Positions 40,311-48,939 of a DNA stretch of 64,000 bases are shown one piece after another; position 1 is the stretch's first letter; every line of letters starts with the position of its first letter. The DNA is from Halorarum halobium (GTDB taxonomy: Archaea > Halobacteriota > Halobacteria > Halobacteriales > Haloferacaceae). The notes under the pieces were generated by a model, which did no database searches, was not told the DNA's origin, and saw nothing but the letters and a program-made list of their open reading frames with translations. The stretch is taken from contig NZ_CP134949.1 in the NCBI RefSeq assembly GCF_032116555.1, forward strand, positions 248,001 through 312,000, read 5' to 3'. The position numbers and the translations under genes were made by a program.

Positions 40311-40988
40311 CTACTGGCCTTGCCGCTGGCCGCCCTCCTCGTGGGGCTGGATGACGACGAACCCGTCCGAGCCGGTGAACTCCATCTGCATCGCTTCCCC
40401 GGAGGTCTGGCCGATCTCGAACGTCTTGTTCCGGGCGATGGACGGCGAGAGGTTCGCGCTCCACGCGACGGTCGCGTCCGGGTCCGTGCGTACCGGCGGC
40501 GTTATCACGAGCGGGTCCCCGTGCGTCGAGATCGCGACCTGACCGGGACCGGTGAGGTAAACGTTCGTCAGGCCGCCGGCCGCAGCACCCGAGAGGCTGC
40601 CGATCGTGCTGATCTCGTAGTCGACCGTGGACTCGAACGCGAGGATGTCGGTCCCGTTGATCGAGATGGACTCGTCGCGGTCGAGGTCGAGCACCTGGAC
40701 TTTCTTGCTCTGTTCTGCGACGTAGAGACGTCCGCTTCCCTCGGCTTCCATGACGGGCGTCCCCTCGCTGCTCACCGCCTCCTTCACGAAGCCGGTGATG
40801 CCACCTTCGGCCGACGACTTCCCGGTGAACGTCACGTCGCCGGTGTACGCGATCATCGACCCGGCCTTCACCATCACGGTGCCATCGAGCGGGACGTCGA
40901 GCAGCCTGTTGTTCTCTTTCCGAAACCCTGTACCGCCTTCCTCGGGCGCGTTGGAGCGCGCGAATTCCGCTAATTCCATGGGAACCAT
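40311..40988 (-). CDS. AIM24 family protein
   Basis: KAGSMIAYTG, GPGQVAISTHG, TDPDATVAWS, GQTSGE. Confidence 0.88.
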   Translation of the reverse strand: MVPMELAEFARSNAPEEGGTGFRKENNRLLDVPLDGTVMVKAGSMIAYTGDVTFTGKSSAEGGITGFVKEAVSSEGTPVMEAEGSGRLYVAEQSKKVQVLDLDRDESISINGTDILAFESTVDYEISTIGSLSGAAAGGLTNVYLTGPGQVAISTHGDPLVITPPVRTDPDATVAWSANLSPSIARNKTFEIGQTSGEAMQMEFTGSDGFVVIQPHEEGGQRQGQ

Positions 40989-41210
40989 GAGCCGAGTCGA
41001 ATTCGACTCACCCGAAAGTGGTCCGATCGTGTGATAAAATTGTCCTCGAACGGTGAGACGTCGATCCCGCGTCGTGACCCCGTCGACGTGTCGTGGACCC
41101 GTCCGGCCGGATGCCCTCCCGGGCGGCGATCACTGGCAAGCCAGTGGCCGGGAGTCGCCGGGGCGGAACTCGACGTCGGCCGGACCACGAGGACGTCCGG
41201 AACGTGAGGT

Positions 41211-41272
41211 GGTGGCTCGGAGAAAGCCTTCCTCAGAAGGGGTTCGGCGGGGCAAACACAGCATCTACTACT
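41211..41272 (-). pseudogene. degenerate duplicate of the box C/D sRNA gene
   Basis: keeps D' CCGA, C'-like CTGAGGA, D CCGA and 3' GCCACC plus downstream flank; box C, guides and TATA box diverged. Confidence 0.65.
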
Positions 41273-41380
41273 GGAACGACTGCCGGAAACGACGGCGAGT
41301 GAGACGCACGGGCTGCATCCTCAGCGCAGGTAACGCGGGTATCGTCAGGGACAGGTGAACGACTTCACGTCCAGTCCAAC

Positions 41381-41530
41381 TCACAGGATGAACAGAACTA
41401 CGAAGACGGCTATCACCAGGAGTAGGAGAAGGAGAAACCAGCGACTCCCGCTTTCATCATCCTTCTGTAGCTGTTCACCTCGGTGTTTGGAGTGAGAGTG
41501 CTGTTCATACCCTGTGTCGTCGTTCATCAT
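41381..41530 (-). CDS. 49-aa tail-anchored membrane microprotein
   Basis: MMNDDTGYEQHSHSKHRGEQLQKDDESGSRWFLLLLLLVIAVFVVLFIL; CTTTAT box at -30..-25; below the ORF-track cutoff. Confidence 0.6.
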   Translation of the reverse strand: MMNDDTGYEQHSHSKHRGEQLQKDDESGSRWFLLLLLLVIAVFVVLFIL

Positions 41531-41668
41531 CCGTTTTATTAGGTTCCTGACGGGATAAAGCTAACTTCGCACGTCTACCGAGGGGCCATCTCACCTCGAC
41601 CCGCGTTTGAAGGTTCGCTGGTTTCAGAACTGAAGCACCCTCTCGCGAGGGCTTCCGGAACGTGAGAT

Positions 41669-41732
41669 GGTGGCTCGGGTGAACTTCATCGTCACGAGGG
41701 GCTCGGCGGGGGTAACGTTCGTCATCGCCACC
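41669..41732 (-). ncRNA. box C/D guide sRNA (sR41-like) for 2'-O-methylation of 23S rRNA helix 69
   Basis: GGTGGC/GCCACC terminal stem; box C GCGATGA, guide GTTACCCCCG, D' CCGA, C' GTGACGA, D CCGA; TTTTTA box about 25 nt upstream. Confidence 0.82.
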
Positions 41733-41868
41733 GGGACGAACTCCGCAACCGAGACGTAAAAACCCCGCTTTGAGGAGCGCCGCCCTCGACGCCCGGTTCC
41801 CAGCCAGCCCGGAATACGGCCCGCACCTTCCACACGCTTTTCTACGCACCCACCCCCATCGGACAACG

Positions 41869-43050
41869 ATGACCGACGCGTACCTCGTCGGGGCCGGGCA
41901 GTCGCCGTTCGGGTCGTTCCCGGACGAGACGTACCGCTCGCTGTTCGACACGGCGTTCGACCGGGCGCTCGCGAGCGTCGACGGCGACCTCGACCCCGAC
42001 CGGATCGACGAGGCGTTCCTCGGCACGCTCGGCGTCGGCGGGAGACAGATCGGGCTGAGCGCGCCCGCCGTCACCGAGCACGTCGGCCTCCACGCGATTC
42101 CGACGACGCGTGTCGAGAACGCCTGCGCGTCCAGCGGCTACGCGCTCCGGAGCGCCGTCGCGGCCGTCCGGGCCGGGATGGCCGACCTCGTCCTCGCGGG
42201 CGGCTACGAGGTGATGACCGACACCAGCGCCGACCGGACGAAGTGGTGGCTCGGCGTCTCCGGCGAGACCGAGTGGGAGCGCCTCTCCGGGACGACGTTC
42301 GCCGGCGTCTACGCCCAGATGGCCAGCGCCCACATGAACGAGTACGGGACGACGACGGAGGACCTCTCCCGGGTCGCCGTCAAGAACCACGCCAACGGCG
42401 CCGAGAACCCCGACGCCCACCTCGGCTTCGAGTGTTCGCTGGAGGACGCCATGGACGCCCCCGCGGTCGCCGACCCGCTGAACCTCTATCACTGCTGTCC
42501 GACGACCGACGGCGCGAGCGCGGTGCTCGTCGCGAGCGGGGACGTCGCCCGGGAACTGAGCGACGACCCCGTCCGCGTCGCCGGCGTCGGCGCCGCCAGC
42601 GGCCGGGTCGGTCTGTTCCAGCGCCCCGGCCTGGCGTCGATTCCAGCGACCCGGACGGCCGCCGAGCGGGCCTACGGGGCGGCCGGCATCGACGACCCGG
42701 CCGGGGACCTCGACTTCGCGGAGGTCCACGACTGCTTCGCAATCGCCGAACTGCTCGCATACGAGGACCTCGGCTTCTGTGATCCGGGCGAGTCCGGTCG
42801 ACTGCTCCGCGAGGGGCGGACCGACCCGGACGGCGACCTCCCCGTCAACACCTCCGGCGGGCTGAAATCGAAGGGCCACCCCATCGGCGCGACCGGCACA
42901 GGACAGGCGGTCGAGGCGTTCAAGCAGCTCCGCGGCGAGGCCGCGGTGCAGGTCGCGGACCCGGTCCGCGGGCTGGCCCACAACGTCGGCGGCTCCGGCG
43001 GCGGCGTCACCGTCCACGTGTTCGAGCGGGCCGCGGAGGTGGACGCGTGA
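41869..43050 (+). CDS. acetyl-CoA acetyltransferase (archaeal thiolase)
   Basis: ENACASSG, EVHDCF, KGHPIGATG, HNVGG. Confidence 0.93.
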   Translation: MTDAYLVGAGQSPFGSFPDETYRSLFDTAFDRALASVDGDLDPDRIDEAFLGTLGVGGRQIGLSAPAVTEHVGLHAIPTTRVENACASSGYALRSAVAAVRAGMADLVLAGGYEVMTDTSADRTKWWLGVSGETEWERLSGTTFAGVYAQMASAHMNEYGTTTEDLSRVAVKNHANGAENPDAHLGFECSLEDAMDAPAVADPLNLYHCCPTTDGASAVLVASGDVARELSDDPVRVAGVGAASGRVGLFQRPGLASIPATRTAAERAYGAAGIDDPAGDLDFAEVHDCFAIAELLAYEDLGFCDPGESGRLLREGRTDPDGDLPVNTSGGLKSKGHPIGATGTGQAVEAFKQLRGEAAVQVADPVRGLAHNVGGSGGGVTVHVFERAAEVDA

Positions 43051-44522
43051 ATCCCGATGCCGACGCCGAACGCGGCATCCTCGCGGCCGGGGTCTACGTC
43101 CCCCGCGCCAGACTCCCCGCCGAGACGGTCGCGGACGCGTGGGGCAGTTTCGAGGGCCGCGGCATCGACACGACCGCCGTCCCGGCGGGCGACGAGGATG
43201 CCGTGACGATGGGCGTCGCGGCGGCGGAACGGGCGTTCGAGGCGAACACCGCGACCGGAACGTCGCCCGATTCGCCGGACTCGGCGTCGGTCGCGCCCGA
43301 CGAGGTCGGGACGCTCGCGTTCGCCACCACGACGCCGCCGCTGGAGGAGGAGCAACTCGGGCCGCGACTCGTCCGGGCGCTCGGCCTCCCGGACTCCTGC
43401 CGGACGTGGGAGCACGGCGGGAGCACCGCAGCGGGCGCGGACGCCATCCAGACCGCTCTCGACGCCGACGGCCCGGCGCTCGCGGTCGTCGCGGACGCGC
43501 CGGAGGGTGACCCGGCCGGCGAGGGCCACGCGTTCGGCGCGGGCGCCGCGGCGTTCCTCGTCGCCGACGACGCCCTCGTCCCCTGCGAGGCGGTCGCGGC
43601 CGCGACCGACGAGTCGCCCGGCATCCGGTTCCGGGAGCGCGGCGCGACCGACCTCGACTCGCTCGACGTGACCGGGTACGAGCGCGCGGCGACCCGCGAG
43701 ACGACCCGCCGGGCCATCGCCGACCTTGACGTCGACCCGGACGAAATCCGCGCCGCGGCGGTCCACCAGCCGAACGGGTCGATGCCGTCCCGCATCGCGG
43801 ACGGGGACGTCGTCCCCGCGGACGCCGTCTCGGCGGGACTGGTCGCGGACCGCGTCGGCGACGCGGGGGCGGCGACGGTTCCGATGGGCCTCGTCGAGGC
43901 GCTTTCGACCCCGGGCGACGGCCCCGTCCTCGCGGCGTTCTTCGGGAGCGGCGGGAGCGCCGTCGCGTTCTCGTTCGCCGGCGAACTCGACGCGGTGGCC
44001 GGGACCGACTTCGACGACGGCGTCGCCGTCGAGTACGCCGAGTCCCTCCGCAAGCGCGGTCGCCTCGGCGACGGCGAGGTCGCCGGGGGCGGCGCGAACG
44101 TCTCGCTGCCGAACTGGCGGCGGACGCTCGACGCCCGCTACGCGCTGACCGCCGGGCGCTGTCCCGAGTGCGGGACGCTCTCGTTCCCGGGCGAGGGCGC
44201 CTGCGGGGGCTGTCACGAGCGGGTCGAGTACGAGCGGGTGTCGCTCTCCCGGGAGGGGACCGTCGAGGCGCGGACGGTCATCGGCCAGGGCGGCGCGCCC
44301 CCGGAGTTCGTCGCCCTCCAGCGCCGCGAGGGCGACTACGCGGCGGTCCTCGTCCGACTCCCCGCGAGCGAGGCGGACGGGTCGGTGGTGCTGCCCGCCC
44401 AGGTGACCGACTGCGACCCCGACGCCGTCGAGGTGGGCGACTCGGTCCGCCGGACCGTCCGTCGGATCTACGACCAGGAGGGCGTCCCGCGGTACGGCGC
44501 GAAGTTCAAGCCGACGGGATAG
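43047..44522 (+). CDS. HMG-CoA-synthase-like domain fused to DUF35 (Zn ribbon/OB fold)
   Basis: DEDAVTMG, GAGAAAF, HQPN; C-terminal CPECG..CGGC and RYGAKF. Confidence 0.88.
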   Translation: MNPDADAERGILAAGVYVPRARLPAETVADAWGSFEGRGIDTTAVPAGDEDAVTMGVAAAERAFEANTATGTSPDSPDSASVAPDEVGTLAFATTTPPLEEEQLGPRLVRALGLPDSCRTWEHGGSTAAGADAIQTALDADGPALAVVADAPEGDPAGEGHAFGAGAAAFLVADDALVPCEAVAAATDESPGIRFRERGATDLDSLDVTGYERAATRETTRRAIADLDVDPDEIRAAAVHQPNGSMPSRIADGDVVPADAVSAGLVADRVGDAGAATVPMGLVEALSTPGDGPVLAAFFGSGGSAVAFSFAGELDAVAGTDFDDGVAVEYAESLRKRGRLGDGEVAGGGANVSLPNWRRTLDARYALTAGRCPECGTLSFPGEGACGGCHERVEYERVSLSREGTVEARTVIGQGGAPPEFVALQRREGDYAAVLVRLPASEADGSVVLPAQVTDCDPDAVEVGDSVRRTVRRIYDQEGVPRYGAKFKPTG

Positions 44523-44539
44523 CCGACGGTGACGACGAA

Positions 44540-45775
44540 TCAGTGGGTGTCGTCGTCCCAGGTTTCCTCGTCCCACCCCGCGAGCGCGCGGTGTTCCTCG
44601 GCCACGGCAGCGACGGCGTCGACGTCGAGCGGGCCGTCCTCGGTGACGACGGTGACCAGGTTCGAGGGTGTCCGGTCGAACAGCGGGGCGAACGACTCGA
44701 CCCCTGCCGGGACATCGAACCCGGCCGACCCGGGATGGAACGAGTCGGTGCCCGAAATCTTGTCCCGGGCGGTCACGGCGTAGCAGGGGACGCCCTCGCG
44801 GGCGGCCGCGAGCGCCAGCCCCCGCGTCCCGACCTTGTTCGCCACGTCGCCGTCCGGGAACACCGTGTCGGCGCCGACGAGCGCCGCGTCGACCACGTCC
44901 TCGGCCAGCACGGCGGGGACGGCGGCGTTGGGCAGCAGCGTCACCTCCCGGTCGGCCGCGGCCAGCTCCGCCGCGACGTCGCGCCCCTCGCCGCCCGGGC
45001 GCGATTCGGCGACGAACACTCGTTCGTCGTGGTCGGCGAGCGCCGCGGCGACGGTGCCCGATCGCGAGAGCGTGAGAACTGCACCGTCGAGCAGCGTCGC
45101 CGCCTCGGTTGCCGCGGCCTCGTCGGCGTTCACGGCGGCCTCGACGGCCGCGATGGCGCGGTCGCGGACCGCCGCGGGCGTCCGCTCGGCACCGGCCACG
45201 ACGCGGTTCACGCGGTTCGAGAGCGCTGCCATCCCCGGCCGCGCGTCCCGGAGGGCCCGCGCGGCGTCGGCGACGGCGTCCCACGACTCGGCGACGGCCG
45301 CCTCGTCGCGCAGCGCCTCCAGCGCACGGACGGAGACGTCCGAGGAGCCGTGCGTGTCGTCGTCCCGGACCGTCTCGAGGGTCGGGCCGACCGCGCGGTA
45401 CGCCGCCCAGAGCTTCGGCACCGTCTCGCGCCCCAGCATGGCCGTCGCGGGCACCCACTCGTGGGCCGCGAGTTCCTCGTTTTTCGTCACCTCGCGCGTC
45501 GCGCACTCGAACAGGAACGGGTGGACGGTGAACGTCCCCTCGGCGTCGTCTACCGCTACCGGGTCGCCGGCGCGGACGAGCGTCAGGGCCGACCCCTCGA
45601 CGCCGACTTCCTCCTCGACCTCGCGGCACGCGTCCGCGAGCGGGTCGTCCGTGTCGTCCTCGACGTAGCCGGAGACGCCGCCCCACTGCCCGCGGTAGGT
45701 GCCGACCGCGTCGCCCCGGCGGACCAGCAGCACCTCGCCGCGGTTCCGGAGGAAGGCGGTGACGACGTGGGCCAT
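44540..45775 (-). CDS. NUDIX hydrolase fused to an eIF-2B/R15P-isomerase-like domain
   Basis: GYVE...ACREVEEEVG Nudix box; TLSRSGTV, ESRPGGEG, GAD, NKVGT. Confidence 0.88.
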   Translation of the reverse strand: MAHVVTAFLRNRGEVLLVRRGDAVGTYRGQWGGVSGYVEDDTDDPLADACREVEEEVGVEGSALTLVRAGDPVAVDDAEGTFTVHPFLFECATREVTKNEELAAHEWVPATAMLGRETVPKLWAAYRAVGPTLETVRDDDTHGSSDVSVRALEALRDEAAVAESWDAVADAARALRDARPGMAALSNRVNRVVAGAERTPAAVRDRAIAAVEAAVNADEAAATEAATLLDGAVLTLSRSGTVAAALADHDERVFVAESRPGGEGRDVAAELAAADREVTLLPNAAVPAVLAEDVVDAALVGADTVFPDGDVANKVGTRGLALAAAREGVPCYAVTARDKISGTDSFHPGSAGFDVPAGVESFAPLFDRTPSNLVTVVTEDGPLDVDAVAAVAEEHRALAGWDEETWDDDTH

Positions 45776-45910
45776 GTCAGTCGGTCCGGTCGCCGTCGTC
45801 ACGAAGGTTGCGGCGAGCGTCCGCTCGCGGCAGCAGCGCCCGTTTGCATCGCGCCCACCCACCGGCAGACTCAAGGACATCTGCTTCGAGATGCCGAAGA
45901 CTGAGTCTCT

Positions 45911-46399
45911 ATGGAACTTTCGGACGAACTCAAGTGCGTTTTCAGCGCCGAACTGGACGAGGCGGGCGACACCTACACCGTCGAGGTCCCGAAACGCGAA
46001 CTCGAGAACGGCGTCCTCCGGCCGGGTGAGGTGGTCCGCGTGGCGATCCTCAGCACCGAGCAGCAGTCGACGGCCGCGTCCGAGCGCGGGAGCGACGGCG
46101 CGCAGTCGAACGGCGGTCCGGGGGCCGAGTCGGACGAGGGCCGCGCGGACGGTGCGGCAGCCGGCGGACGGGACGGGGCAAGCGGCGGACTCGAACCGCC
46201 GGTCGAGGAGGGCGACGAGCGGACGGTCGACATCGAGGGGATCGGCGAGCAGGGCGACGGCATCGCGCGCGTCGAGCGCGGCTTCGTCGTCATCGTCCCC
46301 GACACGGAGGAGGGCGAGCGGGTGACCATCGAGATCACGAACGTCCGGACGAACGTCGCGTTCGGCGAGGTCCTCGAGCGCAAGGACTACTACGTGTAG
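45911..46399 (+). CDS. TRAM domain protein
   Basis: PPVEEGD...GEQGDGIARVERGFVVIVP. Confidence 0.92.
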   Translation: MELSDELKCVFSAELDEAGDTYTVEVPKRELENGVLRPGEVVRVAILSTEQQSTAASERGSDGAQSNGGPGAESDEGRADGAAAGGRDGASGGLEPPVEEGDERTVDIEGIGEQGDGIARVERGFVVIVPDTEEGERVTIEITNVRTNVAFGEVLERKDYYV

Positions 46400-46403
46400 C
46401 CGG

Positions 46404-46574
46404 TCAGGCCTCGGGCTCGAACCGACTGTGGATGTTCGTGCTGCCACACTCGGGACACTGCGTGAGCGTGCCGAGCGGCGGGTGGTCGACCCGCTCCCAG
46501 TCCTCGCCGGCGGGTGCCTCGAACCCGCACTGGAGACACTGTAACTGCGCCGTTTCGGGTTGGTTTCGGGCCAT
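46404..46574 (-). CDS. small CPxCG-type zinc finger protein (56 aa)
   Basis: MARNQPETAQLQCLQCGFEAPAGEDWERVDHPPLGTLTQCPECGSTNIHSRFEPEA; not in ORF track. Confidence 0.85.
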   Translation of the reverse strand: MARNQPETAQLQCLQCGFEAPAGEDWERVDHPPLGTLTQCPECGSTNIHSRFEPEA

Positions 46575-46747
46575 ACTCCACGGTTCGGGCTCCCGAGTGA
46601 AAACAGTACGTCAGCGCCGCTGCCGGGGACCCGGACGGTGACGTGACCGGGCGTCCAGTTTCGGCGTCGATCACGCCGGCACCGCTAGACACCGGACAGC
46701 CGTACCACCACCGGCGACCTTTTGCCACCGACGCACGACCGCCCGAT

Positions 46748-47503
46748 ATGGAACTGTTCGCCGTCCCCGACCTCCCCGAGATTCGGGAGGGCGAGGACCT
46801 CGCGGCCGCGATCCGCGACCGGGTCGACCTCCGCCCGGACGACGTGGTCTGTGTCGCCTCCACCGTCGTCTCGAAGGCCGAGGGGCGGACGTTCGACCTC
46901 GACGACTTCCCGCCCTCGGAGCGGGCCAGGGGGATCGCGTCCCGGCTCGAAGCGATCTCGGGCGAGGAGAAGGACCCCCGGTTCGCCCAGGCCGTCCTGG
47001 AGGAGTCCGACGAGCTGCTGCTGGAAGCCCCGTTCCTCCTCACGGCGACACGCTTCGGCCACGTCGGAGTCAACGCCGGCATCGACCGCTCGAACGTCCC
47101 GGCGGGTGACCTGCTGCTCCTCCCCGAGGATCCGACTGAGTCGGCCGAGCGGATCCGCGAGGGGCTGCCGGTCGATCGCGTGATCGTCACCGACACCTGC
47201 GGCCGGCCGTTCCGGCACGGCCAGCGCGGCGTCGCCGTCGGCTGGGCCGGCATGCACGCCTCCCGCGACTGGCGCGGCGAGACGGACCGCGACGGGCGCG
47301 AACTCGGCGTCACCGTCGAGAACGTCGTGGACGAACTCGCGGCCGCCGCGAACCTCCTCGCGGGCGAGGGCGACGGCGGCACCCCGGTCGTCGTCGTCCG
47401 CGACTTCGAGTGGGGCGCACACGGCGGCAGCGACGAGCACTTCCGCGCGGTCGAGGGCGACTTCGTGCGGCAGGCGCTGCAGGGGTGGGAGTTCGATGGG
47501 TGA
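46748..47503 (+). CDS. cofE: coenzyme F420-0:L-glutamate ligase
   Basis: STVVSKAEGR, NAGIDRSN, TDTCGRPFRHG, DELAAAANL. Confidence 0.95.
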   Translation: MELFAVPDLPEIREGEDLAAAIRDRVDLRPDDVVCVASTVVSKAEGRTFDLDDFPPSERARGIASRLEAISGEEKDPRFAQAVLEESDELLLEAPFLLTATRFGHVGVNAGIDRSNVPAGDLLLLPEDPTESAERIREGLPVDRVIVTDTCGRPFRHGQRGVAVGWAGMHASRDWRGETDRDGRELGVTVENVVDELAAAANLLAGEGDGGTPVVVVRDFEWGAHGGSDEHFRAVEGDFVRQALQGWEFDG

Positions 47504-47549
47504 GGACGACCCGTCCTCCGGCGCGGCCGTCGCCTCGCGGGGCGGCGGA

Positions 47550-48530
47550 ATGTTCGGCCTCGAACTCACGCCCGAACACCCCGTCGAGCGCCTCGTCGAC
47601 CTGGGTACGACGGCCGAGGACGCGGGGTTCGACGCGGTGTTCGTCTCGCACCACTACAACAACCGGGACGCGTTCCAGGCGCTCGCCCGTATCGCCGCCG
47701 AGACCGACGCGGTCCGACTCGGCCCCGGCGTCGTCAACCCCCTCGAAACCCACCCCGTCACGCTCGCCTCCCGGGTCGCCACGCTCGACGAGTCCTCGGG
47801 CGGCCGCGCCGTGTACGGCGTCGGCCCCGGCGACCCGTCCTCGCTGCGGAACCTCGGCCTCGCCGAGGAGCGCGGCCTCCGCCCCGTGCTGGAGGCGTTC
47901 GAGGTCGCGCGGGACCTCTGGGCGGGCGAGCGCGTCGACGGCGCGAGCACGTTCGACGCCGACGACGCGGGGCTCAACTACGAACCGCCCCAGGGCGCGG
48001 CCATCCCGGCCTACGTCGGCGGCGAGGGGCCCCACATGTGCCGGATGGCCGGCAAGCGGGCCGACGGCCTGCTGTTCAACGGCTCGCACCCAGACGACCT
48101 GGCCTGGGCCCGCGAGCGCGTGGACGAGGGGCTCGCGGAGCGCTCGGACGGCGTCGACGCCGACGCGTTCGACCTCGCGGCGTACGCCTCGGTGTCGGTC
48201 TCCGCCGACGGCGAGGCGGCCAGGGACGCCGCCCGCCCGCCGGTCGCGTACATCACGGCCGGGGCCGCGCCGCCGGTGCTGGACCGGCACGACATCGACC
48301 CCGAGCGCGCCGCGCGGATCGGCGACGCCATCGCGGCCGGGGAGTTCTCGGAGGCGTTCGCGGCCGTGACGCCGGCGATGCTGGAGGCGTTCTGCATCGC
48401 CGGCACGCCCGACGAGGTGGGGAGGGAGATGAGAGCGGTGCTGGCGGAGGCTAACTCGCTGGTCGTCGGCTCGCCGATCGGTCCGGACCTGGCGGAGGGG
48501 ATCCGGCTGGCCGCCGAGGCGGCCCCGTAG
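47550..48530 (+). CDS. mer: F420-dependent methylene-H4MPT reductase-like (LLM) protein
   Basis: SHHYNNRD, LGPGVVNP, DGLLFNGSHP; upstream start at 47496 also possible. Confidence 0.9.
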   Translation: MFGLELTPEHPVERLVDLGTTAEDAGFDAVFVSHHYNNRDAFQALARIAAETDAVRLGPGVVNPLETHPVTLASRVATLDESSGGRAVYGVGPGDPSSLRNLGLAEERGLRPVLEAFEVARDLWAGERVDGASTFDADDAGLNYEPPQGAAIPAYVGGEGPHMCRMAGKRADGLLFNGSHPDDLAWARERVDEGLAERSDGVDADAFDLAAYASVSVSADGEAARDAARPPVAYITAGAAPPVLDRHDIDPERAARIGDAIAAGEFSEAFAAVTPAMLEAFCIAGTPDEVGREMRAVLAEANSLVVGSPIGPDLAEGIRLAAEAAP

Positions 48531-48573
48531 CCGCGCTCGGCTCGAGGTCAGTCCCGTTAAAGAGGGCGGCGGT

Positions 48574-48819
48574 TCAGCGTCGCGGCGGCGCGTCGCGCGG
48601 ACCGCTGCCGGGGGACGCGACGTTGACGCCGAGTTCCCGGACGAACGCGCCGAGCGCGAGGTAGCCGAGGACGCCGACGCTGGCCGCCATGAACAGCCCG
48701 CCGACGAGCACCGAGATCAGCGAGAGCGGATCCGCGAGCGCGACGTCGAGCCCGATGATCTCCCCCATGCCGACGATGCTCCTGCCCAGTTCCGTGAGGA
48801 ACTCCGTGACCGTGACCAT
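48574..48819 (-). CDS. small membrane protein
   Basis: DPLSLISVLVGGLFMAASVGVLGYL TM segment. Confidence 0.7.
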   Translation of the reverse strand: MVTVTEFLTELGRSIVGMGEIIGLDVALADPLSLISVLVGGLFMAASVGVLGYLALGAFVRELGVNVASPGSGPRDAPPRR

Positions 48820-48939
48820 GGGGGCGCTTGTGTGTGGCGGTGCTTGAGCGTTGGCGTTCGCGTGGACGTTCGGGGTCGCGTCGAATCCGTCGAACCGGCT
48901 CCGAGGGGTCCATCACGTCGACCCGAACCCGTCCGGCGT

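Noticed and set aside
41675..41730. Fluoride riboswitch-like GATGAAGTTCACC
   Set aside because: No downstream pseudoknot partner (CTGATGAC-type) and no fluoride exporter gene; the box C/D architecture explains the sequence better
41505..42074. ORF-track ORFs 41505..42074 and 41624..41866
   Set aside because: They overlap the thiolase antisense, its promoter and the sRNA, and their composition is not halophilic
46748..48530. cofE-mer as evidence of methanogenesis
   Set aside because: F420 biosynthesis and Mer-like LLM genes are routine in aerobic haloarchaea
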